From NCBI RefSeq assembly GCF_004010195.1, contig NC_057718.1, forward strand, positions 94,026,039-94,090,038: a stretch of 64,000 nucleotides of DNA, written 5' to 3'. Below, piece by piece: positions 50,453 to 62,590 of this stretch. A model generated the notes under the pieces. That model did not search any database. It was not told the origin of the DNA and saw only the letters and a list, made by a program, of their open reading frames with translations. The translations under genes and the position numbers were made by a program. The stretch's first letter is position 1. Every line of letters begins with the position of its first letter. The DNA comes from Chiloscyllium plagiosum. Taxonomy: Eukaryota.

Positions 50453-51214
50453 ATTTTGTTTTGTCATCAATCTATGCACTGTTGCATTTGAAAAAGTGAA
50501 CATTGAAGTACTGACATATAAAAATGATAAATATGTTATTGTTGACTCACCCCCTTTCACAATAAATGAGGTGCAGTCACCCTACAGAACATGACATTGC
50601 TCAGACAACACAGGTCATAATGTCTCCCAGCAACTGTTAACCAATACAAAATAAAAACCTACCCATGAAAAATGTACAGGGGTGCAATTGCAGCAAAATG
50701 GGTAGTGGCACCAATTCTGTTTCGGTTAATGTTCCACAGTATAGTTACAATGTTCATAGGTAATCCAAAAATCAACAGAGTATTTCAAAACACTCTGGCT
50801 GATCTTGCCTGGCCTGACCATCAGCAGTGTCTGTCGAAATACAGCAACAGCTTACCCAGCGAGTCGCAGCGTTTTACACACAGTAAAGATCTATTTTGTC
50901 AGATAATTTCCCAGATCACTTACAGTGCACACATTAAGCTATCAAGCCAATGCTTACATGTTGTTGAATGATACACATTATTTTTGGCAACAAAAATGCA
51001 TAATTACTTGAGGTGACATGCAGCAAGCCTAACCTCATGGTTGAAACTAACATTTATAACTCGCCCACTAACATCAAACTCATTTATATTTCTCTGGATC
51101 TTGGACATTTTATTGCACTGCAAGATCACATTTATTGTGCTCTATTTGTACAGTTAATGGGATTTATAATGCTGAGATTTTCAAAATAATATTTTGACTG
51201 GTAAATATAGTAAT

Positions 51215-51764
51215 TCATAGAATCCCTACAGTGCAGATAGAGGACATTTGGTCCATCTGATCTGCACTGACACTCTGAACAGCATGCCCCACAGACTCAC
51301 CCCATCCTTTAACCCACATAGCCTGCACATCCCCGGACACAATGGGATAGTTTAGAATGCCAGTCCACCTAATGTGCACATCTTTGGATAGTGGGAGGAA
51401 ACGCATGTAGACACAGGGAGAACGTGCAAATTTCACACAGACTGGAATCGAATCCAGAACCCTTGCACCGTGAGAACATAAGTAAATAAGACATAGGAGG
51501 AGGAGGAGGCCATCTGGCTCCTTGAGCCTGCTCCGCCATTCAATAAGATTGTGGCTGATCTTTTCATGGACTCAACTCTACTTATCCGCCCGCTCACCTT
51601 TAATTCCTTTACTGTTCAAAACTCTATCTATCTTTGCCTTAAAAACATGCAGTGAAGTAGTCTCAGGTGCTTCCCTGGGCAGGGAATTCCACAGATTCAC
51701 AACCGTTTGGTGTGAAGACGTTCTTCCTCAACTCAGTCCTCACCACTGTGCCACCATGCCACCC
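51215..51764 (-). mobile_element. HE1-related SINE split by a CR1 3' tail (51475-51737)
   Basis: SINE body to ...CCGTGAG, resumes ACCACTGTGCCACCATGCCACCC. Confidence 0.75.
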
Positions 51765-51999
51765 AAAAGGAATAAGGTATGTTTTGTAAAAATGTTATTG
51801 TTTCAAATTTCTGACTTTTTTTCAGTTTCTTGTCACCACCCTGATCCCAGAAACTGGCCCATCCTGATCAGTTTGGCTTTGCCATTCAGCATGCCCCTGG
51901 AGGAAGCATTTAGCTTGTGCTCAGCGTCGCCAGTGACAATGAGGCCTATTCTTCAGGCTTGGTGTCAGAGACGGGCATGAATCTCTGGCTCAGCGAAAC

Positions 52000-52790
52000 C
52001 AGATGTTATTATGTGGGGCTAAATTTCAGCTTTGGCTTCTCTTTGTTTCACATCAATGATCTAAGAACTAAGAGCCTCAAACCCAAAGACTAAATTTGCG
52101 GACATGCAAAGAAATGACAAAATTAAATCCAAACAAGATAAGCTGGATTAGAATAGTGTTGGGGACAGGAAAGTCAGGTGGCAGATGAAATTCAATTTAG
52201 AAGAAACATTACCCAGAAACAGAAAATCCAAGAATCAACAATTAAGTGGAAAAGAAGTAATGTAGATAAAGAACAAAAGAGAACTGGGGATTCTGATTGT
52301 CAATACGTTTATGTGACTGTAGCAATGCTCATTTGTGAGGAATGGTGCAAATTGGGTATTGGGAGATATTAAATGATCAATATTAAGCTGAAATTGTGAG
52401 ACAATTTTGTCACTTTATTTGTGCAACTGTTCAGTTCTTGGTCATTGCAATAACTGCTCCTTAAATGAATTCAGAATGAAAACAATTAGAATTATTAAGA
52501 GAATGGAGGGATTGGACAATGAGGCATGACTATAATAATTGAGACTGTTGTCAATGGAAATTGACTCAATAATGTAGATAGAACATGGTTATACTGTTTT
52601 ACCTTATCCAGACAGCTGTAGAACCAAGGGATACAGTCGACATTTGGAGTGGGTTGATTTCAAAGCCAGCTTGTGAAAACTTGGAAGTTGAAATTAATCT
52701 CCTCAGGTTGGATGCAAGTAGGAATTGTGAAAGACAGCTCTAAGCCAGTTGCGTAAGTGAGTATTGCATTTAGTGCAGAAAGCTGAAAAA
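52000..52790 (+). mobile_element. Very old CR1/L2 RT relic
   Basis: Remnant motifs HINDL, KFAD and WQMKFN in the expected order. Confidence 0.45.
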
Positions 52791-53974
52791 CTGGAGTGCT
52801 AGAGTCTTCAGTGGAGTATTTAAATCAGATTTCCAAAGTTTGAAAAGGTGCCATATCTTGGCCACTTCTCCACAGTGGTTAAACTGTGTCTCCTGAAATG
52901 AGATTGCATTGCCTTACGACCTGTTTCATTTAGACGTCAGTTTGAGATGGATCTTCCGAGTAAAGAGACAGGCGTTATGGGTCTCAGAAACCTCCCTGAC
53001 AGTTCAGCGGGAAGAGATGAGTGTGAGCTAGGATCTCCTGTTCCAAAGCAGTTCAAGAGCACTTCAGCAGAAATTGCTGAGGTTGTGAAACCCCAAGAAT
53101 GCCGCCTCCTAACCCATCCAGAATGGAACTGTCCATTGAGGGGGGCACGGCAGCTGATTGGTCAAAGTAGCACACTTGATCTGTTAAGCTGGTGCAGGTC
53201 TTTAAAGCTCACAGCAACATGCAAACTCCCATGTAAAACCAGGAGAACAGTGTGCTCCTGTCCCTAACAATTGTTTTCTACACAAAGAAACCACTCTTTT
53301 ATTCAAGTGATGTTGGAGTCAGAAATATGCAAATGCAGGTCCAATGGATTCTATTGGTATAGTGTCAAACCTCTGGTCAGGTTTCTGAATTAGGAAAATT
53401 ATGTCATTGAATTGAATCACAAATCAGTGTTTGGAGTTTATTTGATGTGGGATTGCACACTTTACAATATGTCATAAATCAGATTTTCATTAAATTTCAG
53501 TTTGTCTTAGTCTGTAGCCCCACCCAATTTCTGAGTTGGATGTTGTGAAATTAAGGCCTATGTTGGACTTGGATAGGTACCTTTCTCAGGCTCCTTGAGT
53601 GAAGCATTTTGAAGAGGTCATCTTTTGGATGGACAAAGGATCCTGTTTGTCAGCACAAAAGCATTGAAAAGATCTCATCCCACTTTTTGAACACGGGCAA
53701 TGAGTTGCTCCAAACAACTCTCCTTCTTCTGATAACACTATCAAAAACATGTATCCTGTCACTTATTCTTCTGCTGCCTTGAAAGTGAAGCCTGATCGTG
53801 TACAGATTGATGACAGTATTTAGCTCTATACAAGCAATAAGGACAGCTAGAAAAATAATCTATTAATTTGAAAGTCCTGAGGATATGATAAAGCCCTATA
53901 TAAACACAAAATATTCCCCTCAAGTAACTTTACTATGATTTTAGTACTTTATGACAAAAGCTACTATTCTGATA

Positions 53975-54517
53975 TAGAGTCATAGAGATGTACAGCATGG
54001 AAACAGACCCTTCGGTCCAACCCATCCATGCCGACCAGATATCCCATCCCTATCTAGTCCCACCTGCCAGCACCTGGCCCATATCCCTCCAAACCCTTCC
54101 TATTCATATACCCATCCAAATGTCTCTTAAATGTTGCTGTTCTACCAGCCTCCACCGCATCCTCTGGCAGTTCATTCCACACCCATATCACCCTCTGTGT
54201 GAAAAAGTTGCCTGTTAGGGACCTTTTAAATCTTGCCCCTCTCACCCTAAACCTATGCCATATAGTTCTGGACTCCCCAACCCCAGGGAAAAGACTTTGC
54301 CTATTTACCCTATCCATGCCCCTCATAATTTTGTAAACCTCTATAAGGTCACCCCTCAGCCTCCAATGCTCCAGGGAAAACAGCCCCAGCCTGTTCAGCC
54401 TCTCCCTATAGCTCAAATCCTCCAACCCTGGCAACATCCTTGTAAATCTTTTCTGAACCCTTTCAAGTTTCACAACATCTTTCCGATAGGAAGGTGACCA
54501 GAATTGCATGCAATATT
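53975..54517 (-). mobile_element. Young CR1 3' fragment
   Basis: Open ORF 54054-54509 (QFWSPSYRKDVVKLERVQKRFTRMLPGL). Confidence 0.92.
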
Positions 54518-55160
54518 ATCTTTAAAAAGGACTATGAACCAAGAGTTACAAAGTGGGCTTGAATAATAAACTGAATGGTCTCCTTTAGTATCAGAAACGT
54601 TTCATATTTTATGTAAATGGTTAGATACAGGAATTACCATAACCAGATTAACAGTCTCTCTGTTTCAAGACATATCACTTTACCAATGTGTATACGTATG
54701 CATGCATGTATATGTGTATAAATGTATCTACCTGCTTATCTTTATCTGTCTGTCTGCCTACCTATTGCTCTGATTCTAGTTAGTTAGCAGCCTATGCTGT
54801 GAAGGCTCTGCCACTGTTAGATTGGGCATAAAGACCAAGGTGAGGCAGCTAAAGCTTGGGCATGGTTAATGTGGAAAAAAGCAGAGAGATCGGATGTGAA
54901 GAGGCTATGCAGAGATTTGAGGATAAGGACAGGATTCCAAGGATGGCAGGACTGATGTGCAAAGGAGACTGGATTGGTTAGGAATATAGTCACTGGAGGT
55001 TAGAAGAATGAAGTGGTGCATTTTGGCAAGACAAATGTGGGCAGGACTTATATAATTAATGGTTGGACCCTGGGGAGTGTTGTTGAACAGAGAGATCTAG
55101 GAGTTCAGATATATAGCTTTTTGAAGGTTATGTCAGAGGTAGACAGGGTTATAAAGAAGG

Positions 55161-55381
55161 CTGAAGACAACGAGTGCTGGAGATCCCAGAAGATCAGGCA
55201 GCATTCGTGCAGGGAGAGCAAGCTAACGTTTCAAGACTGGATGATTCTTCATCAGAGTCATCTAGACTCGAAATGTTAGCTTGCTCTTTCTTCATGGATG
55301 CGGTCTGACTGCTGTGATCTCCAGCACTTGTTGTTTTCAGAATAGATTCCAGCTCCTACATAGTAATTTGCTCCTACATAG
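55161..55381 (+). mobile_element. PLE-derived hammerhead fold-back element (family D)
   Basis: Arms CTGAAGACAACGAGTGCTGGAGATC / GATCTCCAGCACTTGTTGTTTTCAG. Minus-strand CTGATGA-A...GAAACGTT-AGC, stem II GAGTC/GACTC, TSD TAAAGAAGG 55152-55160 / 55382-55390. Confidence 0.8.
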
Positions 55382-56109
55382 TAAAGAAGGGGTTTGGCAC
55401 ACCTGCCTATATTGGTCAGTATAGGAGTTGGGACGTCTGTGACGCCACTTTTGTAGCCTGGTCACCCAGCTATGGGAAGAATATTATTAAATTGGAGAGG
55501 GTGCAGGAAAGATTTATGAGGATGTTTCTGGGACTGGAGAGTTTGAGTTATTGGGACAGGCTGGATAGATTGGGAAGCTTTTCGTCAGAGCACAGGAGGT
55601 TGAGGGATGACCTTTTCGAGGTCTATAAAATCATGAGGGACTAATATAATTTGAATAGCAAAGGCCTTTTCCCTAGGGTAAGGGCTTTCGAAACTAGAGG
55701 GCATATTTTTAAGGTGAGAGGAGAAAGATATAACGAGGACCTGGGGGGCAACATTTTCACTCAGAGAGTGGTGTGTGTGCGGAATGAACTACTAGAGGAT
55801 GTGGTAGAGGCAGGTACAGTTACAACATTTAAAAATTATTTGGACAGGGATGAATAGAAAAGGTCTATAGGGATATGGGGCAAATCCAAGTAAAGGGACT
55901 AGTTGAGTTGGGAAACTTGGTCAGCATGGACAACTTGGACTGAAGGGCCTGTTTCCATGCTGTATGATTCTATAACTCTATGTGTGAGAACCTCATAGAA
56001 TTCTAACAGTGCTAGACAGGGAAAACACAAGAAGGGTATTCTCCATGACTAGGAGACTCCAGAATTTAGGGTGACAGTCTAAGGATATAAAGTAGGTTTT
56101 TCATGTCTG

Positions 56110-56440
56110 ATTAGATTAGATTCCCTACAGTTTGGAAACAGGGCCTTCAGCCCAACAAGTCCACATCGACCCTCCGAAGAATAACCCACCCAGACCCATT
56201 CTCCTACCCTATATTTACCCCTGCCTAATGCACCTAATACTTTGGCAATTTAGCATGGCCAATTCACCTGGCCTACACATCTTTGGATTGTGGGAGTAAA
56301 CCAGAGCACTCAGAGAAATTCCACACAGACACGAGGAGAATGTGCAAACCCCGCATTGGCAGTCGCCCAAGGCAGGAATTGAACCCAGGTCCTTGGCACT
56401 GTGAGGTAGCAGTGCTGACCACTGAGCCACTGTGCCGCCC
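56110..56440 (-). mobile_element. HE1-type SINE
   Basis: TTAGATTAGATT tail and CTGTGCCGCCC head (reverse complement). Confidence 0.88.
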
Positions 56441-57537
56441 CAAAGATGAAGAGATGACGAGAAATGCCTTCACCCAAAGAGCGGTGAGCTTGTGGAAGTT
56501 TCTGCCGCAGGAAGCATTGAGGCCAAAACTTTAAATATTTTCAAGAAATTAGATACAGTTCTCAAGGCTAAAGGGATCAAAACAGGGTGTGACGGATCAT
56601 ATTGAATGCAGAACAGGCTCAAAGGGCCTATTCCTATTTTCTATGTTTCTATAATAAATGGAGAAATGGAAATAACTGGTGTCCAGACTTCTTGGGGGAG
56701 AGTTTGTGGGTAATTGTGTTTTGGACCAGTTACAGTTAACGTAAGATGGAGAATAGGAGACAAGTGAGGGGCAAACTGGAGAAATTCTGCTCATCAGCCC
56801 TTGCTCCAGAATTGTGCTAAAGTGGGGAAGTAGATGGACAATGTCGCAGAGATAAAGGCAAGCAATCCTACATGAGGAATTACATTTGGGATTTGGAGCT
56901 CAGCTAAGAGTTGAACAACCTGATTTAACCCAAGTGAATGGACAAGGAGGAGGCTGAATTGGATGACAAGTGAAAGGACACTGTAGTGGAAAAATCTCCA
57001 CAGCATGACATCTCATTTTTGGATCAATATTTGTTACCACTGACGAACCGAAACCAGTGTGATCCAAATGATCCTTTTGGCAGTATCACCGTACAAAATG
57101 AGCATGTTATTTTGATGCCTAACAACAAGCTGGTAATATTGCAAACTTATCTCTGCATTTCTGTATAGGGTAATGGGTAAAATAAAGTGCCATGTGAATA
57201 AATTATATTAACGTGCAGCTCAGAAAATATCAGGTGGATTCTGTTCATGTTTACCCAGTCCCCAAGTCAGGAAATTGCAATGCATTATAACCTTGAGAAA
57301 TGGAGATGGTTGAACAAGTCTATATCCCGGACTGAATCAACCACAAACTGGTATTCCTAGTTTCTGGAACTCTTCTTCCAGTGTTAAATTTTCCAGGGGT
57401 CTCAAGCACATGTGTGCTCCAAGAAGCTGATGATGGGCTTGCACCAGGACTACTTTCAGTTCTGAGGATCTCAGAAGGCAACACATGTGTGAGGTTTAAC
57501 ACTTTTTGTGGAACCTTAAGGTTTAAAGTCTTCTCAC

Positions 57538-57850
57538 AGTCATGGAGTCATAGGGTCATGCAGCACGGAAACAGACCCTTCGGTCCAACCAGTTGTACCT
57601 GACCAAAAACCCAGACAATACTAGTCCTACCTGCCTGCTCCTGGCCAATAGCCCTCCAAACCTTTCCTATCCATGTACTTATCCAAATGTCTTTTAAACG
57701 TTAAAATCACACAACAGCAGGTTATAGTCTAACAGGTTTAATTGGAAGCACTAGCTTTTGGAGCACTGCTCCTTCATTTTAAACGCTGTAATTGTACCCA
57801 CATGCACCACTTCCTCAGGAAGTTCATTCCATACACAAACCACCCTCTGT
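57538..57850 (-). mobile_element. CR1 3' tail
   Basis: AGTCATAGGGTCATGCAGCACGGAAACAGACCC...TCATTCCATAC. Confidence 0.82.
57701..57776 (-). mobile_element. 76-bp single-arm PLE (family A) ending inside the hammerhead core
   Basis: TTAAAATCACACAAC...GCTCCTTCA. TSD TTTTAAACG 57692-57700 / 57777-57785. Confidence 0.85.
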
Positions 57851-58604
57851 CTCAAATATTGAAATCTAAATTAAATCAACAAATTGACATGGAAGCATAA
57901 ACAATGATACTGTCGATGGCAGTTTGCAGTTTGAACTCAGTTCAGTTACTTCAACTGGATGTTGGACTAATTGTAAATAAATAAGGAAAAATATGCATTT
58001 CTGTGAGCAAATTTGCTAATGCATTGATACTCAAGTGCTAGGATCATTTAATTAAATATGATTTTGAATCAAGAGTGTTTTATTCTTTTGTATAATATCA
58101 GCTTAACAAATGAATTTTGAGTGAACGCCGTCGAGTTTGAAAATTCCTCTGTGGATTTGTTCCTGGATAGTAGGCCACAAACAAACAGGACTTTGCTTCA
58201 GAATTCATTCACAGTATCCATGAGAAATCATTGAAGATCTGAATGGTAACAACACATTTTAAAGAATTTTTCACTTCAATTCTGCAATTCTGACTCCACT
58301 TTTCTAGCAGGACTTACATGAATGAGGAAGGCCTGTAGTGTAGGAAACCACCGAGGTTTGAAATAAGAAGTTCAGGTGCAGGGCTTGGAGGAGGTATGTA
58401 GTTTCTTCACCATGAAAGGAACAAAGGGAACAAACTCCAGGGGATCAGTTAACAACCTGTTTCCAATGACATAGGCACATGAATGGTCAGCATGGAAGAC
58501 GCTAAAAGTGACAGAATGGTTTGATCTCAATCTCCCCTGATATCCACACATGAAAGGGCTCCGAGATGATCCTCTGTATGGAGTGGGAACATCATTTGAC
58601 TTGA

Positions 58605-58733
58605 AATAAAAACAAACATGTCTGGAAATTCTCAGCCGGTCAGGCAGCTTCTGCAGAGGGAAACTGATCTAGCGATTCAGGTCAAGGTAACCTATTTCAG
58701 TTTCCCAGCATCTGCAGTATTTTGCTTTTGTTT
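58605..58733 (+). mobile_element. Decayed PLE fold-back (inverted arm plus tail, sense arm largely deleted)
   Basis: CTGGAAATTCTCAGCCGGTCAGGCAGC...CCAGCATCTGCAGTATTTTGCTTTTG. Confidence 0.55.
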
Positions 58734-58977
58734 GCCTCATTTACAATATCAAGATCAATTGCATCACTTACAAAGCAACCACCACAATGGGTATTCTGGA
58801 AAGGATGTACTGAATGGTTTATTAAACGTGTATGTACGCTGCTCCAGTAGTCTTCAGTTTGATTGGGACAAAAAAAATTCACATGCAGCTGACATGTTCC
58901 CCCAATCTATTGCTGCAGATGTTTGTCCTTACATGTTTCAGTCCAGATGTGGTTCCACTCCTTTGCAGGGAGTGCTC

Positions 58978-59282
58978 TTAGATTAGATTAGATTACTTAC
59001 AGCGTGGAAACAGGCCCTTCGGCCCAACAAGTCCACACCGACCCTCCGAAGAGCAACCCACCCAGACCCATTGCCCTACATTTACCCCTTCACCAAACAC
59101 TACGAACAATTTAGCATGGCCAATTCACCGAACATGCACATTTTTGGACTGTGGGAGGAAACCCACGCAGACACAGGGAGAACGTGAAAACTCCACACAG
59201 ACAGTTGCCTGAGGCAGGAATTGAACCCGGGTCTCTGGCACTGTGAGGCAGCAGTGCTAACCACTGTGCCACCATGCCACCC
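58978..59282 (-). mobile_element. HE1-type SINE
   Basis: (GATTA)n tail and A/B boxes in reverse complement. Confidence 0.9.
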
Positions 59283-59361
59283 AAATTTCTCCAATTTCTA
59301 ATAAAGACCGTTGACGGTTTACCTTAATTCCCTTATTTTTCCACTTAATACTAGGAAGGAC

Positions 59362-59578
59362 TGTAATAATAATGAAATTACTGCACACAGTCTGGCATCC
59401 CGTCACCAAGTCACCCTTTACTTACATGTGCACAGTACATTGGCTTTGGCCAGCCAGCTCAGAGTCAGTCCCCGAAGTGAGGAGACTCGGAGTCCCCTGT
59501 CTATATCTGTCAGTCAGGGCCCTCAGGTTAACAACCCCAAACAAAGATCTCAAAGTCAATAAGATCCACCTGGTTACA
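59362..59578. mobile_element. Probable 217-bp solo LTR
   Basis: TGTAA...TTACA termini with flanking AGGAC/AGCAC (5-bp TSD, 1 mismatch). Confidence 0.55.
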
Positions 59579-62344
59579 AGCACTACAGCTAACTTTTTAC
59601 TTTATTTCTTTATTTTTCTACTTATACTAAGAACAAAGGTAATGCTTTACATTTAAATATGTTTCTGTATCTTAGTACTTGTACCTAAGCTTTGTACCTA
59701 GGTTCCTTCATACCTAAGATATGTGCTGACATTGTATACATTTCACTGTACTCCTGTACTTGAGTACACATGACGATAAAGCTTAAATCAAATCAAAAAA
59801 TCAATGGATTTGCCAAGAGCTGTCTGCCCCTGTTTCCCTGATATGGTGATTCCATTCAGCCCCTGATGTTCTCTCAATCTGCTTTTCTTGGGAGCTCAGG
59901 ACATGCAGCGTGTGCTGTAAAGCAGATTGATAGGCACCAGGACAAAGCCCAGATTGACAAGTTGGTCTTTGCCTTTCTCTGATCTGGCGTTGGATGGATA
60001 ACAGCAAGTGTATCCATCCCTGAACTTCCACGACGAGGCAAGAGATCATTCAACCAGGCTCCTGGATGTCACCAGTTATCACTGCTGGAGTGTGTCGGGC
60101 AAGGTTGGCGTGTGAAGGCAGTGTGAGGACAGGATTTAATTTGGATACAAAGCCTCCAATCTTTGAGCCATACTGGTCTGCTGCTGGTCACTCTTCAGGG
60201 TTAGAGAAATGCCAGCACCTATGAAACCTGGCTCAGTGTGGGGTAACAATTGCAGGGAAGAAGAGATAAACATTTACATTAGTTAAACATTTCTATTGTT
60301 TCAAGGCAAGGCTTCCAGACCTGTAAGGCAATCAAAAAGAAAGATTTACACAGTGCCTTTCACAACCTTTGGAGCTCCCGCCACCTCTGATATCCCCAGT
60401 GCTGCCTTATACACACTAACAAGCTTACTTCAGAGAGAGAAAACCATTCATTTGAATCATTACTAACAACAATAAGTGTTATTTTCACACGTGTTGCTGT
60501 CAACAAAAAGCACCTAGCTACAGTGAACAAAGATTACTGTTAGCTTCACACCATGTAGCACAAAGACAAATAGCATTTCCGCAGTTTATCTTGAAGCTGG
60601 ACAATAATGTATCACATAATTATCTGGAATTCCCTGTATACTTTTCCATTCAGCCCAATGACAGTCCGTTGTTACCAAAAGAGGCTCCCGACAGAAAAGG
60701 TTTACTTTGAATGTTGAATATATTTGATTATCATAGGCTTTATGGGGGACTTTTTTGTTGTCCCTGTTTTGTTAGTGAGACTGCGTTGTGTGTGTCTGTG
60801 TTTTTTTTGTGATAACTGTGGGATGGTGACGAGCAAAGATGAGCAACGAATCACCGCAGACAAACAGACAGGTGCTTGTCTTCTCTGGAGACACGCGAGG
60901 TCACTTCTTAAGGCTACACTTTAGACAATGTGAATCCTTTGGCTTTTCAAGCCTGGCTTTTGACCACCCAGCAGGATATAGATACTGAAGGTTTTTTTTT
61001 AAAATGCCAAAAAAAAGGCCTAGGCAGCTGACAAGAGTTGGCCTGTTCTTCTTGCCTGCTTTCAGGTGTATCTCCCTTTTTATTATTTTATCTGAACAAG
61101 AGTTAATTGGATTGCATTATAACTAAGCATGACTAACTTTTCACCTTCCACTGTTCAGCATGCCAGTGCGTGCAGAGAGAAATCATCAAATTCCTCCCAC
61201 TGGGCCTGACAACATGAAGCTGTTTTAAAGACAGGAAGGAGAAAAGGATTGAAGAATTTAATGGCTTTTCTTTGGATTTTTATTGATTTCTCCACAGGTC
61301 GTTCTCTCGGAGTAATTATATGTTTAGCTCGTGACGCAGCTTCCCCTCTGTCAGCTTTTTTTTTCTCTTCCCTCTGAGAGTAAGCTATTCCCAACCTCCC
61401 TTGCTTCCACCCCCACCACCCACCTCCTCCACCAATACCACCAGCCTCCCACCCCACCCCTTTCCAAAGTCTCAAAAAGAAAATACCTCCACCGTGGTGT
61501 GATTCTTAAGCAAGTAATGAAAGATTACAGAGCAAGTCATGGCAGGAGCTTGTTCCAAAGAATAGCAGAGGCAGGCAGCAAGACATTACATCTTAACGTG
61601 AAGGTGCAATGCAATTGTGAGACAGGAACAGAGCAGCAGCGCACACAAAGTCAGCTGCTGAAAGGGAAAGATAAACTAAGGCTGTTGGATGGAAATTTCT
61701 CCCTCAATTCCCATCCCATTCCGCCAATCCCAACCCAATATCAAACTCCCAAATATTAATCTGTTTTCTTTCTCCTGTAAGTAATAACGTAGAAAATAGA
61801 AGCAGAAATCCGCTAATTGGCCCTTCAAGCCTCCTCCACCATTCAATATGGCTGATCAACCAACTCACTGTGTGTCTTTGTTCCATGTCCTTTGATTCCT
61901 TTCGCCCTAAGGCTAAAGAACAAATTGCAAGGAGCTATGTATTGACAGCCAGATTCTTTCTGGCTGGCTTTATCTGCTGCCCCTGTCACTCATGAAGTCA
62001 CCTTGACAGAAATTGCAAAGAGGAACAAGTAGATGGATTTGGAGCAAAGTCAAGTTTCAAAGGTCATCCCATTTCCCCCATCTCTCTCATTTTCACTACA
62101 TTTTCTCAGGTTTTTGTTTGACATTTGGTTGCTCATTCACAAATGTGAATAGTGGAGACTTGTTTGGCCTCAGAGGCAAGACTCCCGACTCAGTTTCACA
62201 ATGGTTAAAGCAACAGTTCTGACATGAATGTTACATTATTTCCGAGGCGGGGGGAGCAACAATAATTGAACCACTAAGTCTCAGACTGGGCAACCCCGCT
62301 GTAACTGCCCTCTCCCTTTCTATTTCAAAAAAGACATTTGATTC

Positions 62345-62590
62345 ATAGAACATAGAACATTACAGCACAGTACAGGCCCTTCGGCCCTCGATGTTGCGCG
62401 GACCTGTGGAACCAAGGTGAAGCCCATCTGTGGGAAAAGATCAGCCACCCTGCCTACCTACAGTAGGCCCACACAAAACATAAGAAAGCAAGCTTGGCCA
62501 AACCAAACCAGAATCACCCAGAATGCCTCAGCAGTCATATGCCTGTCCAATAACCATTTAAATGCTCTTAAAGTTGGCGAGTCCACCACT
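62345..62590 (-). mobile_element. CR1 3' tail
   Basis: CATAGAACATAGAACATTACAGCACAGTACAGGCCCTTCGGCCC. Confidence 0.75.

Larger units (their letters stand above)
54930..56650 (+). mobile_element. Older CR1 3' end hosting a second CR1 (55012-55981) and an HE1 SINE (56110-56440, minus)
   Basis: Host pieces 54930-55011, 55982-56109 and 56445-56650 are colinear. Confidence 0.7.

Noticed and set aside
52947..53267. 106-aa ATG-initiated ORF in unique DNA (likewise 51522-51980 and 61331-61759)
   Set aside because: No recognisable domain or exon structure, and the length is compatible with chance. 51522-51980 starts in a repeat.
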